Shown: one piece after another, positions 26,640-39,400 of the stretch
Numbering within the stretch: the first letter of the stretch is position 1
How the letters are laid out: each line of letters opens with the position of its first letter
Source: Stylophora pistillata
Taxonomy: Eukaryota
Direction of reading: 5' to 3'
NCBI RefSeq assembly: GCF_002571385.2
Contig: NW_019217790.1
Location: 1,842,776 to 1,903,500, forward strand
Length of the DNA: 60,725 nucleotides
The notes under the pieces: generated by a model
The model's database searches: none
What the model saw: only the letters and a program-made list of their open reading frames with translations
What the model was told of the DNA's origin: nothing
Position numbers and translations under genes: made by a program

Positions 26640-27310
26640 AAAAGTACATTAAGCAAAAACTGAATGAATATTTAAAGACTTGATCAAATAAATGAGTCTT
26701 CAGGTTGGATTTATATGTCACAAGCAATGGTGCCTGCCATATGCCGTCCAGAAGCTGATTCCACAGATATGGAGCTATATAACTAAATGATCTGCCTCTG
26801 TAAGTCTTAAGCTTGAAACGAGGAACTTGTAGCAGTTTCTTATCGGATGAACGCAAAGCTCTAGGTGGTTTATGTTGTATTAAAAAATAAGAAATGTATT
26901 GAGGTGCTAAAGCTTTCAGGGCCTTATAAGTAAATAGTAATATTTTAAAGATTATATGTTGCTTTACAGGTAGTCAGTGAAGCTCTTTAAGGACTCGGGT
27001 AATTCGGTCATATTTTCGAGTGCAGGAGATGAGATGCACAGCAGCATTTTGTACTCAATGAACCTTATCTCATAAATTTTGTGGCAATTCAGCCAACAGT
27101 GAATTGCTATTGTCCAACTTAGATGTTATAAATGCATGAACTAAGGTTTCTGTATCTTTCTGAGTAAGACATTAATTTTCCTGATTTTAGATAAATTGCG
27201 TATGTGAAAGAAAAAGCTACTTTACAGATATTTTGAACTTTGATGCTCATGATTCGTAACATTGTTAAACATTGCTCCTATATGTTTCTAGCTGACTCAG
27301 TTGAAACTAC
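26640..27310 (-). mobile_element. Degenerate LINE (L2/CR1-like) RT 3' fragment
   Basis: LLQVPRFKLKTYRGRSFSYIAPYLWNQL, with upstream RITRVLKELH*LPVKQHIIFKILLFTYKAL. Confidence 0.8.
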
Positions 27311-27339
27311 CCAGACACCAGCTTTTTTGATTTCATATT

Positions 27340-27810
27340 GGTGGTTTGGTGGTAATCAAGGCAGATTTGTCAGTAGTCTTTCTCTATTCCTCAATTTGAG
27401 GGAGTGTTGTCAGAACCTAACCCTGTTTTCACAGATGTTACCCAAGGAAGCATTCTCGGGCCATGATTGTTTTTAATTCATTTTGATGATATGTCCACAA
27501 GCTGCTCTGTTATTCTAATATTATCACCTACACAGATGACTCAGTAATTTTCACATCCTCGAAAGACTTGGATATTATCCAACGCAACCTCAGCGAAGAC
27601 ATCAATAACCTCGCCTCCTGGTTTAGAGATAACAAACTTATCATTAATCTTAAAAAGGAAAAACTGAAGTAATGCTATTCGGAACAGCAAAAAGATTAAG
27701 TGGTTTTGATGGCAAAGAACTAAACCTCTCTGTAAATGGATCTCACATCAACACAACTATACAAATTACAAGTACCCAGGTGTCTATCTGGACCCTACAT
27801 TGAATCTTGA
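27340..27810 (+). mobile_element. Degenerate LINE RT core fragment
   Basis: Remnants of VPQGSILGP (acccaaggaagcattctcgggcca) and YADD (tacacagatgac = YTDD), followed by LIINLKK..TEVMLFGT. Confidence 0.8.
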
Positions 27811-28028
27811 TCAATCAGAAAAATCAAGCAATAAATGTTTTTCTCGCTATGGAATGCTTGCAAAACCGAGCGTGGCCTATGGTTTATTCCCATCCCTAAG
27901 ACACTCCAAACTTTCTGTGATATTTTAGTGCAGTGGAATACTTGGAAATGAAGGCTGAGAGTTTGGAAAAGGTTCTCTGTGATATTCTTACTGTGATATT
28001 ATTTTGTGTTTTTCAGGGTTTCCTCAGA

Positions 28029-31000
28029 ATGTCTTGGGATAGTTATCTTGACAACCTAATAGCACAGACTAAAGACGCCAGTGGTACTGCTCATGCAGAT
28101 AAAGCCTGCATCATTGGCGTTGATGGGGGAGCTAAATGGACCTCAGATGGTCATGCTAATGCCTTCAAGGTAACACTAGCTTATGTTAGCTTCTTTGTAC
28201 GCATACAAGTGTATCACAAAAAGTATCTAAATGATCCAACTGCAAGATTTCAGCTTAAATGAGGATTTCACTTCTTAGAAGATGTAGACAGTCCAAGAGT
28301 AGAAATTGACCACAATTCAACAACTAGTAGTACATTGACTCCATTAAAAGCAGTTTGCTCTTGTTAACTGGAGCCAGAATCAAAATTCTCTGCCATTAAC
28401 CTTCATTTTGCCCCTGGTAACTCAAATGTGGACAAGTCTAACCTTTAACTGTTAACTGGAATCAGTCCATGTTTGCCTCCAGCAACTCTAGTGATGAACA
28501 GCTGGAATTTCTAGGTAAATGCCCTTCCAAATAATGCAGTGAAATGATAGTTAAAACCCCCATTTACACATGTAAGTTCAAATTGCATATACTGTTTTTG
28601 TAGTACTTTAAGCTACGACTTTGATAACAAAAAAAATCAAATCTTGTAATTTTTGGCCCTCTTCAAAAGAAAATCTGGTTTCTTTGACAAATACATATAG
28701 TACTTGATAGGGGGAAAAGTAGAAGAGTCAGTTTAGAACATAAGAGTTACATCAAGTATTTAGGTTTTTTAATTGATGAAAATCTTTCTTGGAAAAACCA
28801 CTTTTACTGTGCTATCACTAAAATAAGTAAGACAGTACAGGGTGCGCCAAAACTCATGTCCGATATTGTCCGGAACAAGTAGAAATTTAGTTCGGACCTG
28901 TAAGTCTTAAACATGACTTGTCTGTGGGACAAGCACATTTCTGAGGTCTAAACAACTACAGAAACAGAGGAAAATTGAGGTCAAGTTGCAGTAGAATTGA
29001 AATATATCTAACGGTAATGACAGCAAACCTTTAACTTGACAAAATAAGTGTAAAGATTCCTGTAAATTTTGCTATTCTACAGCCATTCATTTGTTTCGGT
29101 GACCTCATCTGGCCTTAGTAACCAGGCCTGTTAAGACCAATCCCCAGGCTCTAAATTCTAGTGAATAGTGGCGGAATCTCAAAAGCGTCAGTCCACACTG
29201 TTTGCTTTCCTATCAAACCAGTCAACCAAATAATCAAGCAAAGAATCAACTGAGTCTTTGAGTAATTATTGCAAGAAGAAAGGCAAGATCCTTGCAAAGC
29301 AGGATTATGAAAAGAGGAGAAAATGCAACTTTCAAGAGCAATGGAAGTCAGAATTTCCATGGCTTGGCATTGCAGCAGATGAATCAGGAGGGAAAATGTA
29401 CTGCTTCTACTGCAGAGAAAATGAAGCTTTAGCTGATAAAAGCAGCCCCCACGTTTCAGGATGTGGTTCAGACGGATTACAGATGCGACCCATTGGTGAG
29501 CTATAACACCTAAGTGTCATTTGGCTTGTGCTAAGGCCTGGCAAAAGAATAACCAACTTGAATACCAACCTCCTATTAAGAAAGCTGTACAACAGATGAT
29601 AACTTCCCTGGATGAAAAGAACAGGCACCACCTCAGAGTCCTCACGAACACTGCTTATTTTGTGGGAAAGGAAGAACTAGCTTTTAGAAAATTTGGCAGC
29701 CTCTGTGACCTCCAAGAAAAGAATGGTGTAAAGATGGAGAGTATGTACCGTAATGAGAAGATGTGTAGCCAATTCATTGCCAGCATTGCTGGTGTTGAGA
29801 AAGAAAAAACCAAGAGAGAAGTGAGAGAGACAAGGTTTCTATCGTTACTGTCAGACAGCTCAACAGATGCAGGAATTATTGAACAAGAGGCAGTGTTTGT
29901 ACGTTATGTGGACAAACAAGGACGGCCATGGACAAAATTTCTTGACATTATTCCCCTTGAATCTGCAACTGCAGATGGAGTTTGTAACACAATTACAACC
30001 AGCTTGGAAAAAATTGACATTGATGAAGAAATGCTGAAGAAGTTAGTTGGGTGCAATTTTGATGGAGCTAGCGTGATAATGGGCAAGAAGTCAGGCATTG
30101 CTGTACAAATACAAGAAAAAGTTCCACAACCAGTTGTTATTTTACACCGTGTTGCTCATAACCTTGAGCTTGCTGTTTTAAATGCAGTTAAAACCATTCC
30201 CTACCTTGAAAATTTTCATAAAACTATTAGGCAAGTGTTCAAGCTTAACTGTTATTCACCTAAGAAAAGAAGAGAAGTCGATGCAGTATCAGAAATCCTT
30301 GATGAAAATCCAGCTCATTTCAGCAGTAACATCAAGAAGACATGGTGGCTGTCTAGCAGACATTAGGGCTCGCTGCTATGGAAAAAAATCTTGCTGTGAC
30401 AGTTGCACACTTGGAGCAGGTGAGCAGTGGGAAAGGTGAAGATGGAGCCAAAGCCAAGGGGATATTAAAGCAAATCACAACAGGGAAATTTGCAAGATTC
30501 CTTTACTTCATGTTAGATGTCACTGCAGTTTTAAAGGAACTGAGTGAAAGTTTCCAAAGAGCTGGTCTTTTCATCACCGATGTGGCAAAAAAACTTGACA
30601 CAGCCATCGCAAACTTGGAGCTGTTAAAGAATGACAAGCCTCCTACAGAGTTGTCGAAGTTCCAAACTAAGTTTAAAAGCAGCTATGATGAGGAGAAAAA
30701 GATCCTACTGAATGGAAAAAACAACAGCCAAGAAGTTTCACTGAAAGATAATAGCAAAGTTCAGATCTCGGTGAGCTTTTTTCAAGATTTTTGACTGATT
30801 CCATTAACTATCTTGAAAAGAGGTTTGCCAGCCTCAGCAGCCCACCTCTTTGATTTCACTGTTTTTGATTACAGAAATTTCCCTGTTCAAAGAGGAGAAA
30901 GAGCTTTATGGTAACAAGGAAGTTCAAAGGCTAGTTGATTATTTTGCCCGACTTCTTTCCCAAGAAGAAGAAGATGGAGCGGTTAAAGAGTTACAGGAAT

Positions 31001-33825
31001 CGAAGAGCTTCTTGGCTACACAGGGAGCGTTGAAACCAAGTGATGTGTATCCCTGCTTGCACGTCACCAAAATGACCTAAATAATGTTCTTGTCTTAGTT
31101 AAGCTCATGATCACTATCTCACCAACAACTGCCATGTGTGAAGGTCATTCTCAGCAATGAATCGGCTGAAAATAGTGCTGAAAACAAGAATGCAGCAGGG
31201 GACATTGAGCAACCTCCTGAGTTAAAGACCAAGGCACGGTGCGAAAAGACTTTGACCCAGATTGTGCAATTGATCAGTGGCTCTTAAAGGCGAAAACAAA
31301 GGGTCACATTTTGTCAAAACCCAATGTTAGTTCTTCTTCTGCCATCCATAGTGACACTAATGATGGAAGAGAAGCGGAGCAAGAACAGCAGGAGGATGAC
31401 AACATGTCGCTGCCCCCATTGCCACAACTTGTTGTTGATGAGGAAGAAATCAAGTGATGGCATTGTTGAATCGTCCTTAATCTCAACTGAACAGTCAGAC
31501 TTATTGCTGGTGAAAAACATTTAATGTACGAGTGAATTTTGATTTAAATAAAAGGAGTTACTATTTAAGCAAGCTATTTTGTGCCCCACAAGTTTGATGT
31601 GCATGACATCCAGTTTAGGTTTAGCAGAAAAAATTACTTACAAGGCTTAAAATGTCATTAAAAAGAAAAAAAAAAACCTGAATGTTTTTGAGTCAATGAA
31701 GTCATCGTATCTGCAGGGTTAAGGTGAGTTACTTGCAATAAAGTGAAAAGTGTTCGGTTTTTTATCTTTAATAACATTTTTACCCTTGGACATAGTTCAC
31801 AATTAATGTTGTTGCTATAAATTAAAATACACCACAAGCCACATGTTGAATTGATTTTATTTCTAAATACAATTTGAACCAATCTTTTTTTGACAAGCAC
31901 TTTTGGGCTCTTGGACAACCAAATTCTCTATGCTGGTTGTCTGATGGACAAGGGGATTTCAAAAATTTTCTCTTACTGTGCGGTGTAGGAATGCTGGCTG
32001 AGCTGAGATTCTTTGCTCCATCATCTGTACTCAAATATTCATAAATCGTTAATTTTACCTGCATTTAAATCTTTATAAATCCTTAATTTTACCTGCATTT
32101 AAATCTTTATAAATCCTCAATTTTACCTGCATTTAAATAGTGGACTTGTTGCTTGGGGTAATGCATCTAAGGACTTTCTTTAAAAAATTGTTATTCTCCA
32201 AAAGTGTGTATTATGTTTAGTCTACTTTGTTGATAGGAAAGAGCATGTAATGCCCCATTTGTAAAAGCACAAATTCTACTCTTCACCTTCTTTTATTAAG
32301 AAGCTGAATATGAATTAATGCTTGACTTTGATAACAACAGTGCACCTTAACAGCATCACAAAACTTTTCATGAGAGCTTTAAACTTCCATATATACCACT
32401 TGCTCATCAACGTCACGACTCTTCAGTGTTAAGTACTCTACGCTTGCTATGCAAAGAAAAGCTTTTTCCAGTGTTGGTTCAAACTCTAGAATGAGATACC
32501 TCATAAATTTAAAAATTTGCCAAAGAAATTCTTTTAAAGAAAGCAAAAGAGCTCTTAATATTCTAGAGACTGAAGATTCTTATATGGAGCTTGATGAGAT
32601 AATGCTAAAATTCAAACACAGCAAATTTAACCAGTGTCTACAGTATGTTGGGTACACTTAGAAACTCTGACCTTTTTCCTTTACAATGAACACGTCATTT
32701 TCCTTTTTCTTAATTCTTCTCTTGCATATCTTTTTGGCTTTTTTATATTTCTTCATTCTTGAACATTTCACAGACAATTTCTACATTGTTGGAATGCAAG
32801 AATAAATGTACGGACAACATCTGACAAAAATAAAATAGTCGCTGGCTGAGCTTTTTGATAGTCACTGGCTAGTGTTACACCAAGGCTCTGTTCCCTGTCT
32901 GTACATTCGTGGGTTGTCATATTTCCTCATTGTTTTGGAGCTATCTTTTTCATGACATCTCTCAAATGTATTCCTTGTTCAAGAGTGCCAGTGCCAGTTT
33001 GCTTGTGGAAAAAAATCTTACTGGCAAAACTTTGCAAATAGACTAAAAAGTTAACTTTGAGCCCTGTATAATGTACATTTGATTGTATTAACATTTTAAA
33101 ATTGCACATTACAATCATTTAACTATTATTATTATTACTATTAACATGTTTAGTTGATTGTACACAGCTTAGAAAAATATAACTTACAAGTTCTGAACTA
33201 AAACTTTGTTGAGAAATTGTATAACTCAAGCAAAATATTTTCTTATTATTGTACGTATTACATTTATTTATTCAATTGTCATTCATTCAAAGCTAGTTTG
33301 TTAATGTTTCTCACTGATAGCTCCATGTGTATTTGCAAGATAAATATGATCATAGACTGTATATGTATAAGCATGTATGTATGCATGTGACCTTTTGTCA
33401 ACAGTTGTATTCAAGCCTTGAGTAATAAGCTCTCTAAATCGTTATGGTAGTAGAGAAGGATCATTTTAAGTGTGAGTGGGCCCTCTAAAAGGTTATAAAT
33501 CACCATTTTGCTGGTTTAATAATCTTTTCTTTTTTGTCTCCAGTTAGATACAAGTGAATGTGCCAAAATAGCAGGCTGTTTCAAGAGCAAGGATTTTTCA
33601 CCATTTATGACAAGTGGTATTTTTGCAGAGGGAACGAAGTACCAATTCTTGCGTGTGGAAGACGAAAAGTTAGTTCTGGGAAAGAAAAAAGAGCAGGGAG
33701 CTATCTCCTTGCAGTGTTCCAAGACAGCAGTTGTCATTGGCCATTGTCCAGAAGGAGGGCAGCAGGGCAACCTAAACAAAGGTGTTGCAGTAATTGCAGA
33801 GTACCTTGAAAGCTTAGGCATGTAA
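28029..33825 (+). CDS. PFN: Profilin (140 aa, 2 coding exons)
   Basis: Exons 28029-28169 (MSWDSYLDNLIAQ...ACIIGVDGGAKW...AFK) and 33544-33825 (LDTSEC...GTKYQFLR...KTAVVIG...GQQGNLNKGVAVIAEYLESLGM*), joined by a GT-AG phase-0 intron. A possible 5' non-coding exon donor lies at 23861 (gtaagt). Confidence 0.95.
28838..31980 (+). mobile_element. hAT-superfamily DNA transposon with a pseudogenised ZNF862-like transposase (29258-31457)
   Basis: TTF-type Zn finger (FQEQWKSEFPWL...MYCFYC), DSSTD...EQE, DGASV, H[C>R]VAHNLEL, TWWLS and a C-terminal SPTTAMCE..FSAMN-like motif, with several frameshifts and stops. Left end cagggtgcgccaaa at 28838 has ggacaa/ttgtcc subterminal motifs; right TIR is degraded. 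Confidence 0.85.
31980..32620 (+). mobile_element. LINE RT 3' fragment, continuing from 28510-28837 and split by the hAT insertion
   Basis: The left part ends IKYLGFLIDENLSWKNH...KISKTV and the right part resumes VGMLAELRFFAPSSVL. Contains a ~34-bp internal tandem repeat at ~32050-32138. Confidence 0.75.
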
Positions 33826-34719
33826 TGCAACTTTAATTTCTAACTAGCACTGTGCAGTATGTGGTTAAAATCTGTTCTTTGATTCTCAACCACATTACCT
33901 AATTATTATTTTTGTTGTTGTTTTCATTGAGGCCTTGCTGTAGAGAAACTGGAGTTTTATGAAAAAATGAACTGTTTTGTAGTGTTGTGATGATGATGAT
34001 GATGATTGCAATTAAAAGGCCATCCTTTCAACAGGTTTCAAATTGACAAAATATTTCACTGTAATTGTCTTGAGAAACTAGCAAATAAACTAGCTTAGTT
34101 AATTTATGTGGTTGTTTTAAGAAGTGTACCTGATGTATTTTGGAAAGGGATACACAGCCTAAGTACTTGTCTCAGGAACTTGCTCTTCAATTCTAATAAA
34201 TCGAATTCTTTGTGCTTTTTATTGTGTGAAGCACTGGTATTGCGACTATTTAAATGCTAGCTAACAAAAAAAATGCAATATATGTTTCAAGAAACCCACT
34301 CAGACCTCCCCTCCCTGCTAATGCACACAAATCCCCTACCCATGGTGGGCTGGAGGGAAGCTGTACTCTACAAAATGTTTTCTGAATTTTCAACTTGAGC
34401 AACTAACCGCCCTTGAGAGGACGAGGGAGTTATTTTATGAAACGAAACAAGAGTGGAACCTCGAAAGATGAGGGCTAGATATGCTGTATTCCCTCGAATA
34501 AGCCCCCACTCCGTAGGCCACAATGTCAAACAAAGACCCCTCTCCTCCCTCAACTTCTTAAAGAGAAGGAACAGAGGAATACATATTTCTATTGCTACTT
34601 TAATTACAACTTTTCAAGCTTCATCGACAGTGGAATCAGCAAACAAGAGTAGGTTTTTTTTTCGTTGAAGTCACTTCCAGGTACGTAGTTGTTACTCTGT
34701 GCTTCCAGTGTTCGGTTAA

Positions 34720-36128
34720 GTGCGTCACTTGATCTTTAAGAACGTGTCTGTAAGAATCAAACATCTTGGGAAATGAAAATTTTCAACCCCCCTCCAAATT
34801 TTGCATGCAGTTAGGCACTCGGGGGGGGGGAGGATGCACAAAAATGCCCTTTTTAAAGGTTGCAGCACTCTTGCTGCCATGGTAACAACGGCTGCCTGTT
34901 TGAGGCCTGGGGCCTCATTTTCATACAAAAGCGTAAAAAAAGTGTAAAATGTTTATTTCTCTATCTCGAGCTAAATACAACATTGCAAATTGGTACTTCT
35001 AGCATACATAATGACATCATTTGAAGGGGGGTTGAAAATTTTCATTAGGTGCGTCACTTGATCTTTAAGAACGAGTCTAAGAATCAAACATCTTGGGAAA
35101 TGAAAATTTTCAACCCCCTTCAAATTTTGCATGCAGTTAGGCACTTAATGGCGATGCACAAAAATGCCCTTTTTAAAGGTTGCAGCACTCTTGTTGCCAA
35201 GGTAACAACGGCTGCTTGTTTGAGGCCTCGGGCCTCATTTTCATACAAAACCATCGTAAAAATAGTGTAAAATGGTTACCTCTCTATCTCGAGCTAATTA
35301 CAACATTACAGATTGGTACTTCTAGCATACATAATGACATCATTTATCTTGACTTTCATACATTAAATTTTCCCTGGGAGTGAATGTAAGCACATCAATA
35401 GGTTATTTATCTCGCTACAGTTTCGGTCATTTGCTGTAGGGTAAAACAGGGAAAACGTTTTTCTAAATTTCTCCAAAAGTACACCGATTCTGGAACTGAA
35501 ACTACGCACTTAGTTCGTCATAATATTCTAGTTTTTAAATATGTAACCATCTCTGCGGGCCGGCCTCCACTTTTCATAATGGCTTCGCGAATAAAGCTCA
35601 AAAATCAGACATTGCATAAATTGCAGTGTTTCCATCTAATGTTCTCAACAACAACCCTTTCAGACAAATGAAAAGTACAAGACTTTGAAAGAATGTTATC
35701 TTATGAGCAATATCCCGAAGAGAAATCTCGCCTCTAGCTTTAATATTTACAAAAATGTGATCAACCTTCATGGAGGACTACTCGACGTAACTACAAACAT
35801 GTACCTTAAATTGTGTGCATATCATCCAGATTCCGAGTACTGTACCTTCTTTCATGGGAATTTGAGCAATCTGAAATCCTCTGAAGATACACTGTTATAC
35901 CTGTCTGTCATTTGAAACATGTTAAAGCTGGCTGATCTACACGAAACTATCCGTAACACCGGTCATTTGACATAAAAAAGTACGTTGTCGATGGCGTGAC
36001 GCTGGATTTCTCCATGAAGTTTCAATCAGGTCGCTCCAAAGAAGACGAGATATGGACATTTTTCGACATTTCAGCAGTTTTCCTCGCATTCTGAAGAAAA
36101 AACAACAAAAAAAGGAGGGGAAAACTGT
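34720..36128 (+). repeat. Left arm of a long inverted repeat (35049-36128), preceded by a partial tandem duplicate (34720-35020)
   Basis: Reverse-complement colinear with 48486-49572 over ~1.05 kb, e.g. gatggcgtgacgctggatttctccatgaagttt vs aaacttcatggagaaatccagcgtcacgccatc. Confidence 0.9.
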
Positions 36129-36417
36129 TGTATCTTAGGAAATTCAAGGACGAAATTATAAACAAACCCGCAATGAACATGAACATTCCAAGATCTTTTT
36201 ATTCCTGTTCTTTTCTGCGCAGGCGCATCCATGTACACGTAACACAACCATGACGTAACTTAATATAATGTAACACAAGTATAACAAAACAAGATCACGA
36301 TATGACAAAAACCTTGATTGAAAGCTCATAAACAATGAGATTATAAATCGCAACTTATCAGCAGTAATACGGCCACGTTAAAAGGCAGACTGCAAACCGT
36401 GCAGACTCTGCAGACCG

Positions 36418-39400
36418 GGGTGTGGACAAAACGTGGCCTAGGCCATGGCCTACCCTGTGGCCTACCCTATGGCCTACCCTGTGGCCTACCCTGTGGCCTA
36501 CCCTGTGGCCTACCCTATGCGGATNNNNNNNNNNNNNNNNNNNNNNNNNNNNNNNNNNNNNNNNNNNNNNNNNNNNNNNNNNNNNNNNNNNNNNNNNNNN
36601 NNNNNNNNNNNNNNNNNNNNNNNNNNNNNNNNNNNNNNNNNNNNNNNNNNNNNNNNNNNNNNNNNNNNNNNNNNNNNNNNNNNNNNNNNNNNNNNNNNNN
36701 NNNAGGTTTTTAATATATTTGACCTCATTCTAGTAACAATCCTGTTATAAACGCTGAAACCATGACTATTCCAGTTACATTTAATGCGCAGACGATTACT
36801 AACCTAGACTCGTCTATATCTTTATTTTCAGATTTATGGCATTACTTCACGAATATTGTCCAAAATCCTGGACATATTTAGTGCTTGCCCTTTTATCGTC
36901 TGGTTCCCCGTCAGCCATTTTCTGTTTTTGGTATCATAGTAGCGATCCAGAACGTTCAAAGACCATGGTATGTTAACGTTGTGCAGCTCGGAAACAAAGA
37001 AACGGGCAAAGTTGATGGCTTCCGATTCCGTTATCGAACCATTTGCGTTATCTTGCGGCATCCACGCTCCGAGATATGTCAGCAAACCGTTTTCCCCCTT
37101 TTGATAATCAGTTGCGTGTTTAATTGCAGTTTTGACATTGTTTTGGCCTTCAGAACTGCCGTCACTGCTCCAGTACTTCTGGGAACCAAGCACTTTGTTT
37201 GGACCAGAGGCATAAAGATGCCACTCAGCCATCATATACTTATCATTTTCATAGATTTTTGAATCAATTTTAGATAAGTCCTCGGCAGTTTTTCCGGGAG
37301 ATCCCAAAATCAGAATACGCTGAGGGTTGTTCCCACCTGTACGTCGGATTTCGTGCGTCACGTTCATGGTCCATCGGTTATATTTCTCGGTATTCTGGCG
37401 AAGACTCTCGTCATTTTTGTTATTTCGTTTGCAAGTGTCTTTTCCTAGTTCTGTAAAAAGATTAAAACTCAGTCTATAGTCCTTGTCCTTTAACTGCCGT
37501 GCTACCGCTGTCCACCAATTCACGTAGGCTTTAAAGTCCTTTTCCATGGCGCAGGCCTCTGCTTGATGGTGAACCCAGGAGATGATTGGAATCACATCAT
37601 GTTTCAGACAATGGTCGACAACGGTCGTCAGGTCGCTAAGAAACCGTTTGAATTTGACGGTAGAGTAGTCATATGAATAGAGATCTGCCCTGCATCGAAG
37701 TCTTAAGTTGCTAAAGCCTTTTTCATGGACGTCTCTGATGTTCCGTTCCCAGTACTTTTTCATCGGCGTCTTCGTTTTGAACCAATTCGTAGAAAATCCT
37801 GCTCTGACAATCCCTGCTTGGTACTGTTCCGGGGTAATTGGATCATTTACGTTCACTACTGCAAAAAAAAAAATTGAATCGACCAAGAATATTTGAACGA
37901 ACATTGTCGAATGTCTGGTTTACAACAGAGTTCGTTCACCAAGCGAAAATAAACAACGATCCAAAATTTTGACATTTCAATTCTATATCATAAGAAGACC
38001 AATGATATTAGTCGAAATGACAATTGGAAAAACAGTTTCATCGAATCTCAAAAAGTACCCCAAAACAGACGAAAATATTCAATTTGGTCTAGAGATGTGG
38101 TCTCAAGCATCGGAGCGCTGAATCCGCAGGTCTAAGGTTTGATTCTTTGTGAGGATTTGATTTTTTTTTTGTCACACGCTCATGACACACACACAAAAAA
38201 ACAAAACATCTAGACAACGAGGAGTCCCTCCTTTTCGGCGAAGTCCTTAACGCGAGTAAAAACATTAGTGAAAAAAAAAATTGATGTTAGTTTGCCGCGG
38301 GAAGCTCTTAGAGTAAGCTCCTGCGGTGCATCGACTTTACTCCAAGGGATGCCTTCTAATTAAATCATGGCTACCAGTTTCTAGCAAAGAAAAGGTGGAG
38401 CTTCATCCCTTTACCAGTAGTTTTAAGCAATTTGTTAAAGGTCTTTCATTTCTAACGAATAACTGACAAAATTTGAAATTTATATCGCGACCTTAAACTG
38501 CAACTGTGCGCAATTTCATTGATCGTTTTCGTGAGCCAATGATTTTCTTTCAGATATTTACGTGATGGAATACAAAGTAAACTCTTCACATCACATTTTA
38601 ATTAAAAATTGTCTTTGGACCCACCTGTTTCCCCGGTTATGAAAACCATAAACGGCAGGAAAGCTGAACTTAACAGGACCAATGATCTGAACATTTCGTC
38701 TCCTTAAGTTGATTGTTTTCGATCTGTATAAAGGAATTTAAAAACTACATTTAGGGCTTTGTGTCCGAGAAAAAAACGTCGTTTACTGAGTTCCGGGATT
38801 CCTGAGTGAAGTAACAATTATTATAACATACGGCGCAGATTAATATTTCCTTAAAGTATACTTCAATAGAAGATTTTAATTTTAAAATCGTACAATTTCA
38901 GAAATTCCATCACAAACTTACGAAATTTTCTGGCCGTAAATTCTAGTGANNNNNNNNNNNNNNNNNNNNNNNNNNNNNNNNNNNNNNNNNNNNNNNNNNN
39001 NNNNNNNNNNNNNNNNNNNNNNNNNNNNNNNNNNNNNNNNNNNNNNNNNNNNNNNNNNNNNNNNNNNNNNNNNNNNNNNNNNNNNNNNNNNNNNNNNNNN
39101 NNNNNNNNNNNNNNNNNNNNNNNNNNNNNNNNNNNNNNNNNNNNNNNNNNNNNNNNNNNNNNNNNNNNNNNNNNNNNNNNNNNNNNNNNNNNNNNNNNNN
39201 NNNNNNNNNNNNNNNNNNNNNNNNNNNNNNNNNNNNNNNNNNNNNNNNNNNNNNNNNNNNNNNNNNNNNNNNNNNNNNNNNNNNNNNNNNNNNNNNNNNN
39301 NNNNNNNNNNNNNNNNNNNNNNNNNNNNNNNNNNNNNNNNNNNNNNNNNNNNNNNNNNNNNNNNNNNNNNNNNNNNNNNNNNNNNNNNNNNNNNNNNNNN

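Noticed and set aside
29258-31457. Domesticated ZNF862-like host gene
   Set aside because: Multiple frameshifts and stops, an altered CxxH motif, and insertion into a LINE indicate a dead transposon.
36399-36750. ORFs with WPTL / GLPC / YPVA repeats (also 38863-39941)
   Set aside because: Translations of the 12-bp TIR tandem array plus N gaps.
36834-37904. Bacterial contaminant contig as the source of the GH5
   Set aside because: It has a phase-compatible GT-AG intron with a polypyrimidine tract and an upstream signal-peptide exon, and there are no operon-like neighbours. Placement between gaps still needs read confirmation.
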